Shown here one piece after another: positions 29,142 to 39,181 of a DNA stretch of 64,000 nt. The notes under the pieces were generated by a model. That model worked only from the letters and a program-made list of their open reading frames with translations, had not been told where the DNA came from and ran no database searches. Position 1 is the first letter of the stretch; the number at the start of each line of letters is the position of its first letter. The stretch lies in contig CAVIJE010000001.1 in NCBI GenBank assembly GCA_963643355.1, positions 48,378 through 112,377 on the forward strand. The letters are read 5' to 3'. Position numbers and translations under genes: made by a program. The stretch is from Sodaliphilus sp. (GTDB taxonomy: Bacteria; Bacillota_I; Bacilli_A; RFN20; CAG-826).

Positions 29142-30395
29142 ATGAAGAAATCTTCCAAATTCCTCTTCTTAGCTGGCTTAATTGCAGCAACCGCATCACT
29201 CGCTTCTTGTAATAAGAACGATTCCAAGGTAATTTCAATCCTCCTTGTTCCTTCCAATGATCCAACTACATTATTGGAAAGAGCCAAAGCATTGACACCA
29301 ACCTTAAATGAAGCAGTTAAAGACACTGGCTACACCTTCAACATCACCGTTGGACAAAGCTATGATGCTGTTATGAATGCTCTTACTTCCGGAACTGCTG
29401 ATGCAGGCTTCCTTCCTGGCGGAAACTATGCTCAAGTTTCTATCGCAAATCCTGGCAAAGTTGATCTTATCGCCTCTGCTGTTCGTGCTGGATACAAAGT
29501 CCAAGCCGATGACTTCAAGGGCGAAGGCGGAAACGATATGTTCTCTGATGCAAGCAAAGAACTTCAAAGAAAAGCAATGAATGGAGAAGTCACAGTTTCT
29601 GGCAAAGCTGCTTCTGAAGCAACCGAATCCGATCCTGTTTATTCATATCACGGAGAACAATCTGAAACCAACGTTAACTTCTATTCTGGCGTTATGTTCA
29701 GCCGCCGCGATTCTTATAGCAAAGAAAAAGGCTTCAAAGAATTCGGTATCACTGATGGAATGACAACCGCCGAAGTCATCAAACAATTACACGATAACGA
29801 AGCTGTCTTTGGTATCATGGGTAATGGCTCTTCATCTGGTTTAATCTACCCATCAAAGATGGTTTATGAGTTAGGCTATACAAATATGTTCGTTTCCAAA
29901 TCCACATATGAGAATATGAGCGAAGCAGAAAAGGAAAAGTCCTTAATTGGTATTGATCAAGGAACATATCCTAATGGCTTATCCTATCTTATGAGCAGTG
30001 GTGTTATCGATGTTTCCGTCGGATTCATGGATACACGTTATGGTTCTGGATATGTCCAAACTGGCGGACCTTTCTATAACGATAATGGCATTTTCGATAA
30101 TACCTACACAGTCGGCATCACCGATCCTATCATGAATGATACGATTTCTTGCAAACATTCTCTTGCTCAAGAAGCTCGTGACGCTATCTATAATGCTTTC
30201 ACAACAGCAGCCGCTACCGGAAGTAAGAATGAAGAAGGTACTGCAGCCTATTACCTCTATCAAATTTATTCTCACACTGGTTATGCTAAAGCAGAAGATA
30301 GCAACTATGATAAAGCTCGTGAAATGTACAAATGGACTAAAGAACATTCAGTCGATAATCCAAGCGAAAAGATTTCTTCTAGCGCATCAAAATAA
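29142..30395 (+). CDS. phnD: phosphonate/phosphite ABC transporter substrate-binding lipoprotein (PhnD family)
   Basis: Lipobox LASCN. PhnD-like periplasmic binding fold. It heads a phnC-phnE-phnE operon. Confidence 0.75.
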   Translation: MKKSSKFLFLAGLIAATASLASCNKNDSKVISILLVPSNDPTTLLERAKALTPTLNEAVKDTGYTFNITVGQSYDAVMNALTSGTADAGFLPGGNYAQVSIANPGKVDLIASAVRAGYKVQADDFKGEGGNDMFSDASKELQRKAMNGEVTVSGKAASEATESDPVYSYHGEQSETNVNFYSGVMFSRRDSYSKEKGFKEFGITDGMTTAEVIKQLHDNEAVFGIMGNGSSSGLIYPSKMVYELGYTNMFVSKSTYENMSEAEKEKSLIGIDQGTYPNGLSYLMSSGVIDVSVGFMDTRYGSGYVQTGGPFYNDNGIFDNTYTVGITDPIMNDTISCKHSLAQEARDAIYNAFTTAAATGSKNEEGTAAYYLYQIYSHTGYAKAEDSNYDKAREMYKWTKEHSVDNPSEKISSSASK

Positions 30396-30447
30396 GCTAA
30401 CTAAGAACTTTTAAAAAAACAAAATTTGCATCAGGAGACCAATAATT

Positions 30448-31266
30448 ATGATCGAATTAAAAAATGTTTCTAAGGTATATGAGGACAATGGCTTCAAAGC
30501 TTTAGATGATATCAATTTAACCATTAACGACGGGGAATTCGTCTCGATTATTGGCCTTTCTGGTGCTGGAAAATCAACACTCATCCGCTGCATTAACCGT
30601 ATGCACGATATCACCACTGGTGAAATTCTTATCGATGGCAGGGATATTAGTAAATTAAAAGGCAAGCAATTAAGAATGGAACGTCGCCGTATTGGTATGA
30701 TTTTCCAATCTTTTAACCTTGTTAAACGTGCTAGCGTAATTAAAAACGTTCTTTCCGGACGTGTTGGTTACCATAACTATTTTGAAACTTTATTTAGCAT
30801 TTATAGCAAAGACGAGAAGAATCTAGCTTATCGCTCTATGGCGAAATTAGGAATTCTTGATAAGGCATATGTTCGTGCCGACCAACTTTCTGGTGGCCAA
30901 CAACAACGTGTCGCTTTAGCAAGAGCTCTTACTCAAGAACCTGAACTCATCCTCGCTGATGAGCCAGTTGCTTCACTTGATCCAATCACAACCGTCTCCG
31001 TCATGGATGATTTTTCACGCATCAATAAAATGGGCATCACCATTATCGCCAACATGCACCACGTCGATCTTGCAAAGAAATATTCGACAAGAATAATTGG
31101 CGTTCGCGCAGGAAAAATCGTTTTTGATGGAAAACCAGAAGAAGTAACTGATGAAGTTACAATGAAAATATATGGCCGTTCATTAAATAGTTCTGAAAAG
31201 CTTGGAGAGGCTCTAGAAGAAGCAAAAGCCAACGATTCAACTTCTACGAGCGAGGAGAATAAATAA
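30448..31266 (+). CDS. phnC: phosphonate ABC transporter ATP-binding protein
   Basis: Walker A (GLSGAGKST), the ABC signature ([15 protein letters not shown]), and the PhnC-typical N-terminus [10 protein letters not shown]. Confidence 0.9.
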   Translation: MIELKNVSKVYEDNGFKALDDINLTINDGEFVSIIGLSGAGKSTLIRCINRMHDITTGEILIDGRDISKLKGKQLRMERRRIGMIFQSFNLVKRASVIKNVLSGRVGYHNYFETLFSIYSKDEKNLAYRSMAKLGILDKAYVRADQLSGGQQQRVALARALTQEPELILADEPVASLDPITTVSVMDDFSRINKMGITIIANMHHVDLAKKYSTRIIGVRAGKIVFDGKPEEVTDEVTMKIYGRSLNSSEKLGEALEEAKANDSTSTSEENK

Positions 31267-32246
31267 TGAGCGAGCAATTAAAGGAAACCCAATTGACTCT
31301 CAAGGATAAAATTGCGGACTTTTGGGATAAGGCCAATTGGGGCATAGTTAAAATTGATGTGTCCGAAAATCACGATGGCAGTGATATTCGAGAAGTAAGA
31401 AAAAAGAGACCAACTTTGCTCATTGCAATGGTTGTCTTAATCATAGGGCTTACTGTCATTTCCCTTTTTTCGATGGATTTAACAAACGTAAGTTTTGCTT
31501 GGGACTCCGGATGGAACTTTATTGGCGGTTTATTCAGGGCACCTTATAACAAATACCTCAATTTCTTCCCATATAACATTGAAGTTAAAGACTGGTCATC
31601 TTGGTGTTATTACATGGAAAACGTATGGTTGCCATTCTTGGTGAGCGAAGGACTTCCTTCTTTATGGAATACCATCGAGCTTTGCTTCCTTGCTACATTA
31701 TTTGGTGGTTTGATCTCCGTTCCTGTTTATTATCTTTGCGCTAGAAACGTTGCTAAACACGCCTACATTTACGAACCATTCCGTGTCGTTAACGATATCA
31801 TCAGAACAATTCCAACTATTACTCTTTGCACCATTTTCGTTCTTATTTATGGTGCTACTAATTTTACTGGCATTATTGCAATGACGATATTTACGATTGG
31901 TATTGTCTATAAGATTATGTACGAATACATTGAAACACTTGATATGGCTCCATTTGAAGCGGTTTATTCAGCTGGTGGCATGCGTTTCCAAGCTGTAACA
32001 GTTGGCCTTCGCCCATCAATTAAGCCAATGTTTTTCGCAAATATGCTTTATGTTTTTGAAATGAATATCCGTGGATCCTTAATTCTTGGCTATGCCGGTA
32101 TTATTGATTCTCTTGGTTATAAGATTTCTGATTGGTCGCACGATACGCTAGATTTTTGGAAAATTGGCGTAGTTTTAGTCCCGTTATTCGTTTTGGTGTT
32201 TATCCTTCAACTTTTATCTAACTACATTGGGAGGAAGATGAGATGA
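31266..32246 (+). CDS. phnE: phosphonate ABC transporter permease
   Basis: Multi-TM permease with an EAA-like motif. Its start overlaps the phnC stop. Confidence 0.8.
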   Translation: MSEQLKETQLTLKDKIADFWDKANWGIVKIDVSENHDGSDIREVRKKRPTLLIAMVVLIIGLTVISLFSMDLTNVSFAWDSGWNFIGGLFRAPYNKYLNFFPYNIEVKDWSSWCYYMENVWLPFLVSEGLPSLWNTIELCFLATLFGGLISVPVYYLCARNVAKHAYIYEPFRVVNDIIRTIPTITLCTIFVLIYGATNFTGIIAMTIFTIGIVYKIMYEYIETLDMAPFEAVYSAGGMRFQAVTVGLRPSIKPMFFANMLYVFEMNIRGSLILGYAGIIDSLGYKISDWSHDTLDFWKIGVVLVPLFVLVFILQLLSNYIGRKMR

Positions 32247-33271
32247 GCTTAGCAAACATATTTTTAATCATTGGCGCGGCCCTCGCAGTCCTCTTCATTA
32301 TCGGAACGATGATTTACGCAAACGTTCGTAAAGTTCCAGAAGGCGCTACTAGAAGCCTTAAAAATTTTGGCGATTTCTTTGTTAATTCCAAACGCTTTGT
32401 TGTTGGAAGTAGAGGCGCTCAACATTACGAAAACACTTCTGAAGCACTTTTTGCCTCACCACATAAGTGGATATTAGACGTTCTTCTTGTGATTGTTTTT
32501 GTCACTATAGTCTTTTATATGAATGCTGACCTTGGTCTTCTAAGGTGGGGCGACAATGGATTGTATTTCAATGCTCCATTTGCCGCTTCCGGACAAACAA
32601 TCTGGGAAAACCTTGGACGTTTATTCAAAATTGATTGGGCTTACTTCTTTGGCTTTGGAACGTATAATTTCACAGAAGGTGTTATCTTTAAACTCTTCCA
32701 AACATTTGCTATCGCCTACGTTGGAACCTTAATTGCAGCAATTCTTGGTATTCCTTTTGGTCTACTTGCTTCACACCATTTATTCAAAAAGAAGGCATAC
32801 ATATCTGAGGTTTTCTTGATTTTAATAAGAACTATGCCAGAAATCCTTCTTGCTTTAATGATGGTTAATTTCACTGGCATGGGCGCTCTAACTGGCGTTC
32901 TTGCCTTATCGATTCACTCTATTGGTATGATTGGTAAATTATATGCTGAAGAAATTGATGAACTTGATATGCAACCTCTTGAAGCTATCTCGGCATCAGG
33001 TGGCAATATGTTCCAAAAAATTCATTTAGGAATCATGCCAAATTTCCGTCCAGCTTTATTAAGCGTTGCTCTTTACAGATTTGATATTAATTTACGCACT
33101 ACAACAATTATTGGCGTTGTCGTTGGCTCTGGATGCGGTATTGGCTTTGCTTTAAGCACAGACGCTTCCATTAACAACTGGAATAGGCTTGGCGCAGATA
33201 TTCTTGGCGTTGTCCTCTTTATTGTCTTACTTGATATCTTATCTAGCTGGCTTAGAAAGAAGCTCGTCTAA
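32243..33271 (+). CDS. phnE: phosphonate ABC transporter permease (second copy)
   Basis: A multi-TM paralog of the preceding permease. Overlapping start. Confidence 0.8.
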   Translation: MSLANIFLIIGAALAVLFIIGTMIYANVRKVPEGATRSLKNFGDFFVNSKRFVVGSRGAQHYENTSEALFASPHKWILDVLLVIVFVTIVFYMNADLGLLRWGDNGLYFNAPFAASGQTIWENLGRLFKIDWAYFFGFGTYNFTEGVIFKLFQTFAIAYVGTLIAAILGIPFGLLASHHLFKKKAYISEVFLILIRTMPEILLALMMVNFTGMGALTGVLALSIHSIGMIGKLYAEEIDELDMQPLEAISASGGNMFQKIHLGIMPNFRPALLSVALYRFDINLRTTTIIGVVVGSGCGIGFALSTDASINNWNRLGADILGVVLFIVLLDILSSWLRKKLV

Positions 33272-33747
33272 TGAAAAACCTCATACTTATGGCTGGCATT
33301 CCTGGATCAGGTAAATCGACTTGGTGCAAGGAATATCAAAAGACTCATGAAAATGTTTTTATCATCGATACCGATGAAACAAGGAAACAGATAACTGGTT
33401 CATATCTTATTTTCCCTGAGCACATGGAAGTCATTTACGACGAAATGATTCGTCAAAGCAATGAAATATTTGCAAAATACGATAATTGCACGGTTATCGA
33501 AGATTCCATTTTCCTTGAAGACTATCGCAGAAGATATTACATGGAACGTCTTAAGGGATATGATCATTCATTGCTTTTCATGATTAAGATGCATGATTAT
33601 TCAATTTGTTATAAACAAAACAAAATGCGAATAAAAGAAAAATGGGTGCCAGAAGAGGTAATGGATAACATGATTAAGATTTATGTTGATCCATCAAAAG
33701 AAGTAGCATCACTCTTTGATGAGATTAAAGTGGAATACTGGAATTAA
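33271..33747 (+). CDS. small P-loop kinase (AAA_33 / zeta-toxin-like NTPase fold), translationally coupled to phnE
   Basis: Walker A (GIPGSGKST). 158 aa. Its ATG overlaps the phnE stop (TAATG). It has a paralog at 48464..49009. Confidence 0.6.
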   Translation: MKNLILMAGIPGSGKSTWCKEYQKTHENVFIIDTDETRKQITGSYLIFPEHMEVIYDEMIRQSNEIFAKYDNCTVIEDSIFLEDYRRRYYMERLKGYDHSLLFMIKMHDYSICYKQNKMRIKEKWVPEEVMDNMIKIYVDPSKEVASLFDEIKVEYWN

Positions 33748-33752
33748 AAAAT

Positions 33753-33778
33753 AAGGGCTTTTTACAGCCCTTTTTTCG
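33753..33778 (+). terminator. intrinsic terminator
   Basis: AAGGGCT-n-AGCCCTT plus a T-run. Confidence 0.6.
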
Positions 33779-33788
33779 ATTTTTTAAT

Positions 33789-33943
33789 CCAGAGGGAAGA
33801 ATAAGTTTCCTCGAGTTAATGAGGTGGTCTCCATGGTCAGCCTTTAGGATTCCTGATTCTACCTAAGCAGTCAGGCTTTCAACACCAGCGTCTCCAGTCA
33901 GGATACCTATAAATAAAGTTGTAGGGGAACAATGATTCCCTCT
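33789..33943. ncRNA. candidate structured small RNA / regulatory element (6S-like?). Its strand is unresolved.
   Basis: A GC-rich island sits in AT-rich intergenic DNA. Its ends form a perfect 10-bp long-range pairing, CCAGAGGGAA...TTCCCTCTGG. Internal hairpins are present (CCTCGAGTTAATGAGG, and CCTGA...TCAGG), and CAGTCAGG occurs twice as a direct repeat. Confidence 0.3.
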
Positions 33944-33988
33944 GGCTGCTAGTTACCTAGCAAACCTATTATATAGAAAATATAAATT

Positions 33989-34570
33989 TTAGTGAAGAAT
34001 GCCTTCTAATAAAATTTTTAATCCGACGCCAAAGAAAACAATTGCCGCGATAAGCCCAGCCCATTTTTCTAAATATTTGGCTAATTGTTTTGCTAACAAA
34101 GCCGTTCCGAAAGTTAAAACGAACGTAACACATCCAATTACCGTGAATACTATTAAGGCATCGCCAATTGACAATTCTAGATAAACAAAACCTATGCATA
34201 AAGCGTCGATTGCTGTAGCAACATCTTGCCAAAGCACTTCAAAAAACCCAATTTTCTTTGCTTCGATTGGCTCATCATCTTTTTTTCTAAAATCCTTAAG
34301 CCATTCTATAAACGATTTAATAGCTAAAGCAGACAATAGGGCAAAGGCAATCCAAGGGATATATTTCTCAAGTTTCTCTTTGAAGGCATAACCAGCAAAA
34401 TAGCCAATACATGGCATTATAAACTGAAAGATTCCAAAGCTAAGAGAGATAAGAATCATCTTCCAAATCGGCATATCTTTCTCTTTTAGACCATTGGTCG
34501 CACTTACTGTCATTGCATCTATTGACATAGAGACCGATGTTAACAGCGTATTTACCCAATCAATCATCAT
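33989..34570 (-). CDS. mntP: manganese efflux pump MntP family (DUF204)
   Basis: 193 aa with six TM helices and the tandem DUF204 repeat pattern (SMSIDAMTVS...). Confidence 0.8.
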   Translation of the reverse strand: MMIDWVNTLLTSVSMSIDAMTVSATNGLKEKDMPIWKMILISLSFGIFQFIMPCIGYFAGYAFKEKLEKYIPWIAFALLSALAIKSFIEWLKDFRKKDDEPIEAKKIGFFEVLWQDVATAIDALCIGFVYLELSIGDALIVFTVIGCVTFVLTFGTALLAKQLAKYLEKWAGLIAAIVFFGVGLKILLEGILH

Positions 34571-34713
34571 AACGTGCTAGATTATATATTCGTATTTTTA
34601 AGTTGGTGCTTGCTAACTTAAGCCGATTTAAAAACGCTTGCTACATTTGTAATTATTCATTGCTTTTCTAAAAGAAAACTTCATAATTATTTTGTTGTCG
34701 CAAGGTAAAAAAG

Positions 34714-35418
34714 ATGAATGAAATTAAAGTAGAAAACTTAACAAAAACATATAATGTTGGCTTAGAAAATGAAGTGCATGCACTTAATGGCGTTTCCTTT
34801 AATTTAGAAGAAGGATCTTTTGCGATTATTCTTGGCGCTTCAGGCGCAGGCAAATCAACCTTGCTAAATATTCTTGGCGCTATGGATAATGCCACTTCCG
34901 GTTCATACATAATTGGCGAAGATGATATTGCTAAATATGATTTCAAGAAACTCTCTAAGTTTAGAAGGGAAGATATTGGCTTTGTTTTTCAATTCTACAA
35001 TTTAATGCCTAACCTCACAGCTTTAGAAAACGTTCAATTAGCTGCATCAGTTGCTAAAAATCCATTTGATTCAGAAGAAATTTTAGAAGAAGTGGGATTA
35101 AGCAAGAGAAAGTTAAATTTCCCATCTCAATTATCGGGAGGAGAACAACAACGTGTTGCAATAGCTAGAGCGATAGTTAAGAATCCTCGTTTGCTTCTTT
35201 GCGATGAACCAACCGGTGCTCTTGACTCTAAAACAGGCGCCCAAATTCTTAAAATTCTTTATGATGTATCCGTCAATTACAAGAAAACTGTTATTATCGT
35301 CACACATAACTCTAAAATCGCTGAATGCGCAAAACGTATCATTCGCATATCAGATGGAAAAATCATCTCTAACGAAGAAAACCCAAATCCAATAAGTCCA
35401 GAGGAAGTAGATTGGTAA
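34714..35418 (+). CDS. ABC transporter ATP-binding protein (MacB / LolD / FtsE-like)
   Basis: Walker A (GASGAGKST), the signature [14 protein letters not shown], and Walker B (LLLCDEPT). Confidence 0.85.
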   Translation: MNEIKVENLTKTYNVGLENEVHALNGVSFNLEEGSFAIILGASGAGKSTLLNILGAMDNATSGSYIIGEDDIAKYDFKKLSKFRREDIGFVFQFYNLMPNLTALENVQLAASVAKNPFDSEEILEEVGLSKRKLNFPSQLSGGEQQRVAIARAIVKNPRLLLCDEPTGALDSKTGAQILKILYDVSVNYKKTVIIVTHNSKIAECAKRIIRISDGKIISNEENPNPISPEEVDW

Positions 35419-37928
35419 TGAAAAAGAAATCGACTGTAGGCTTATTAAATAAAATGCTCATTCGCTCTTTAAAGAAAGGCTGGGCTCAATTTCTTTCTAT
35501 CGTGGCGATTGGGGCGATTGCCGTGACGCTTTTTGTCGGCCTTTTAGCCAATGCCGATTCGTTTGAGAGTCGCGTGAACGAAGTGTATTCCGAAGGAAAT
35601 CTCGCTTCTTTATGGGTAACAACAACCAAATATGACGCAAAAGATAAAGAAGAAATATCCTCTTTGCTTAATGAGGGTGAAACCATAGAGGGTCGTCTTT
35701 ATCTTCCTTGCAAGGTTGGCTCGATGGATATCTATTTAGCTGTCACGCCAACTATGCCTGAAATTTCAAAACCTTATGGTGAATTAGAAACAAGCGAAAA
35801 CGAAAATGAATTTCTTTTGCTAGATAAAGAGTTTAAGCAAAACAAATCCCTAACCGTAGCCAATAAATACGAAGTAGGAGGAGACGCTTCATTCTTTTTA
35901 ACGCTTTCTTCTTATGGTATATCCGATTTTGCCGACTTTTTAGATCTTTATCTTAAAGATGGTGGAAAGAACATCTTTAAAGAAGATACGATTTCTTTTG
36001 ATGCTACAGTCACAGGATTCATGTCTCACCCAGAAAATATAACGAAATCATCTTATAACACCTCTCTCGTTTTGATGTCGGATGCTACTTTCAAGAAAGG
36101 CATAATGAAAATGCTTGAGGACAATTTTACATCCGCTGGGGTCAAATTGATTTTCAAATTGATGCAAACAAACATGGGTTTTAATTCTCAAACATCTGAA
36201 TATCTTACTAATCCCAATCAATACTTAATTTCAGTAAAAGACGAGATGCGTGTATCAATTCTCAAAGAAAAAATTAATGATTATTTCGCAAATAAAGAAG
36301 AGAATAATCTCTACTTAACCACATCTAGATCCGAGATGCCATTCTACGTGACAATCAATAATGATGTTACGCAAGCTAGACAATTCACTTTTGTTTTTCC
36401 TTTCGTTTTCTTTGCTGTGGCAATCTTAGTTATTCTAACGACTCTTTCCCAAAGAATCCTTCAAGAGAGATCACAAATTGGCACAATGAAAGCGATTGGC
36501 TTACGCAAAGGGCAAATCTATTGGCATTATATTCGTTTGACTGGGATGCTAGTCGGCCTTGGAACCTTGATTGGCGAAATTATTGGGCCTCTTTTAATCC
36601 CTAGAATTCTTGGCCAAAAGTATTCCATTCTTTATTCTTTGCCAACGATGAATTTTGTTTTCCCTGTTTGGGAAGGAATCTTGACTGCCGTTGTCTTTTT
36701 AGGCGTTTCGGCTCTTGTCACATTCTTGATTTGTCATAAAGAAATATCCCTCAAGCCTGTTGAATCGATGCGTCCAGAACCGCCTAAATTCAAATACAAG
36801 CATGTTTCTTCGTCTAAAAAAGACAAGGTAAACAAACTATCTTTAAAAATGGCTTTTAGAAATATTCGCATAAATAAAGTTAAATCATTAATGGTTATAA
36901 TTGGCGTTTTAGGATGCACGGCTTTACTTTGCTGCGGCTTTGGAATTGAAGATACGGTTGATAATGGCATCGAACATGATTTAAACATGTTTTATAACAC
37001 GGATATGAGTATTTCCTATAAAACATCATCTTCAGCGAAAGAAATGCGTGACGATCTTCTCTCCTATTCAGGTGTTAAAAGCGTTGATCCATACATTATG
37101 ACAAGTACATCGTTATTTGTTGGAGATGGAGCCCAAGCCGAAACTCGAATTTACGTCATTCAAAAAGATACCGATACCATTAGTATGTCTTTTGATCATA
37201 ACAAGGTTGCAATAACCCAAAAAGTCGCCAATAAAACCGGTGCAAAAGTTGGTGACACAATTCACTTTACATATAACACAGTTTCCTATGAAGCAGAAAT
37301 CGCTCTTATTCAAGAAGCTTTTGTCTATCATGGTATTTACGTATATACGGATGCTCCATTTTTAAAAGGAGAAGACACATTTACTTATAATACGGCTTAT
37401 GTCAAAGTTAATTCTGATAGTAACGTTTCAGAAATAGCTGAGAGCATATCAAAAAATGATTCCAATGTTGCAGGCGTTACGACTTATAAGCAAAGACGAG
37501 AGATGATTCAAGATGTTATGTCTGGCGTTTACGTTATGACAAATGCTGTAAAGGTTTTCGCTATTCTTTTAGCGATTGTCGTTCTTTATAACCTTGCCTT
37601 AATGAATTTCCAAGAAAGAACAAGGGATATTGCCACCTTAAAAGTGTTAGGGTTCTCAAGACATGAAATCGCCCTCTCTCTTTTGTTTGAGACAATGTCT
37701 TTGACCGCTTTAGGCGTTATCCTAGGTTTGTTCCTAGGCTATCCTTTTATGCTTGCGGTTTTAGGAACGAACGTTGTTGAATTAGTCGAATACCTGTATT
37801 CGATTACGGTCATTTCATACATTATTTCATTTGCTTTAACCTTTGTTGTTGCCTTTATCGTTAACCTTTTACTCACAAGGCGAATCAAAAAGGTTCTTAT
37901 GGTTGAGTCTCTTAAGAGTGTTGAATGA
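35412..37928 (+). CDS. ABC transporter permease with two FtsX domains (MacB-like)
   Basis: 838 aa. It has two four-TM FtsX-like blocks separated by large extracytoplasmic domains. Its start overlaps the ATPase gene. Confidence 0.85.
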   Translation: MVMKKKSTVGLLNKMLIRSLKKGWAQFLSIVAIGAIAVTLFVGLLANADSFESRVNEVYSEGNLASLWVTTTKYDAKDKEEISSLLNEGETIEGRLYLPCKVGSMDIYLAVTPTMPEISKPYGELETSENENEFLLLDKEFKQNKSLTVANKYEVGGDASFFLTLSSYGISDFADFLDLYLKDGGKNIFKEDTISFDATVTGFMSHPENITKSSYNTSLVLMSDATFKKGIMKMLEDNFTSAGVKLIFKLMQTNMGFNSQTSEYLTNPNQYLISVKDEMRVSILKEKINDYFANKEENNLYLTTSRSEMPFYVTINNDVTQARQFTFVFPFVFFAVAILVILTTLSQRILQERSQIGTMKAIGLRKGQIYWHYIRLTGMLVGLGTLIGEIIGPLLIPRILGQKYSILYSLPTMNFVFPVWEGILTAVVFLGVSALVTFLICHKEISLKPVESMRPEPPKFKYKHVSSSKKDKVNKLSLKMAFRNIRINKVKSLMVIIGVLGCTALLCCGFGIEDTVDNGIEHDLNMFYNTDMSISYKTSSSAKEMRDDLLSYSGVKSVDPYIMTSTSLFVGDGAQAETRIYVIQKDTDTISMSFDHNKVAITQKVANKTGAKVGDTIHFTYNTVSYEAEIALIQEAFVYHGIYVYTDAPFLKGEDTFTYNTAYVKVNSDSNVSEIAESISKNDSNVAGVTTYKQRREMIQDVMSGVYVMTNAVKVFAILLAIVVLYNLALMNFQERTRDIATLKVLGFSRHEIALSLLFETMSLTALGVILGLFLGYPFMLAVLGTNVVELVEYLYSITVISYIISFALTFVVAFIVNLLLTRRIKKVLMVESLKSVE

Positions 37929-37968
37929 TTTCATTAATTAATGAAGTAGTGGTAAACTAATTAGGATT

Positions 37969-39135
37969 TTGGTGAATATTATGGAAGAAGAAAAGAAGTT
38001 ACCTAAAGTAATGCTTACTGGCGACCGTCCAACTGGTAGGCTACATATTGGACATTATGTTGGCTCTTTAAAAAGAAGAGTTGAATTACAAAATAACGGC
38101 GATTTTGATGAGATGTATATCATGATTGCCGATACTCAAGCGTTAACCGATAATGCCGGAAACATTCAAAAAGTCGAAGACAACGTTATCGAAGTTGCCT
38201 TGGATTATCTAGCCGCAGGAATCGATCCAAATAAAGTGACGATTTTCGTTCAATCTAGAATTCCTGAGCTTACGGAATTTACCTGTTATTTCATGGATAT
38301 GGTTTCTCTTTCTCGTTTAGAAAGAAATCCAACTGTCAAAAGCGAATTGGCCATGAGAGGATTTGGCGAAAGTATTCCTGTTGGTTTCCTTACCTACCCT
38401 ATTTCTCAGGCTGCAGATATTTTGCTTTTTGGAACGAATATAGTTCCTGCAGGAGAAGATCAGTCGCCAATGGTTGAACAGGCTCAAGAAATCGCTCATA
38501 AGTTTAATTCATTATTTAAGCCTGTTTTTGTCGAACCAAAAATCATGTTACCGGAAAATACATATGCTAGACGTTTACCTGGAACGGATGGCAAAGCAAA
38601 AATGTCAAAATCTCTTGGGAATTGTATTTATTTAACGGATGATGAAGCAACAGTTAATAAGAAGGTCATGTCAATGTTTACTGATCCAACCCATCTTAAA
38701 CCATCTGATCCAGGACATACTAAAGATAACCCTGTCTTCATTTATCTTGAAGCTTTTGCAACTGATTCTATGTTTGCTTCTTATTACCCTGAATTCCACA
38801 ATTTAGACGAGCTTAAAGCGGCATATGAGAGAGGCGGAATAGGCGATGTAACTGTTAAGAAATTCTTAGCTAAATGTCTTAATGAAGTTCTTGAGCCAAT
38901 GCGTCTACGTCGCCACGAATTAGAAAAAGACATACCACATGTCTATGAAATTCTTAAAGAAGGCACAGCAAAAGCCCAGCAAAAAGCAGCCTACATTGGT
39001 ATGCGTGCTAAAAGAGCAATGGGAATTGACTACTTCGAAAATAAAAAACTCATTGAAAAACAACAAAAGGCCTATAAAAAGGCCCATGAGCAGCAAAAAG
39101 CTTATGAAGAATATTTAGCAAAGCAAAAGAAATAA
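37969..39135 (+). CDS. trpS: tryptophan--tRNA ligase, with a K/Q/A-rich C-terminal extension
   Basis: Class I HIGH-type motif (GRLHIGHYVG) and KMSKS. The C-terminal extension of about 50 aa is Lys-rich. Confidence 0.85.
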   Translation: MVNIMEEEKKLPKVMLTGDRPTGRLHIGHYVGSLKRRVELQNNGDFDEMYIMIADTQALTDNAGNIQKVEDNVIEVALDYLAAGIDPNKVTIFVQSRIPELTEFTCYFMDMVSLSRLERNPTVKSELAMRGFGESIPVGFLTYPISQAADILLFGTNIVPAGEDQSPMVEQAQEIAHKFNSLFKPVFVEPKIMLPENTYARRLPGTDGKAKMSKSLGNCIYLTDDEATVNKKVMSMFTDPTHLKPSDPGHTKDNPVFIYLEAFATDSMFASYYPEFHNLDELKAAYERGGIGDVTVKKFLAKCLNEVLEPMRLRRHELEKDIPHVYEILKEGTAKAQQKAAYIGMRAKRAMGIDYFENKKLIEKQQKAYKKAHEQQKAYEEYLAKQKK

Positions 39136-39154
39136 AAAATCCAAAAATAAAAAA

Positions 39155-39181
39155 ATAAGCGGTAAAACCCGCTTATTTTTC
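39155..39181. terminator. bidirectional terminator between trpS and the convergent response regulator
   Basis: ATAAGCGG-TAAAAC-CCGCTTAT plus a T-run. Confidence 0.6.

Noticed and set aside
34571-34713. Looked for a yybP-ykoY Mn riboswitch in the mntP 5' region
   Set aside because: It is only 143 nt, and the GGAGAGUAG / conserved four-way-junction elements are not visible. mntP here appears to lack the riboswitch.
37929-37968. Expected a T-box leader upstream of trpS
   Set aside because: The gap is only 40 nt with no structured leader. trpS is probably read through from the upstream transporter operon or from a short promoter.
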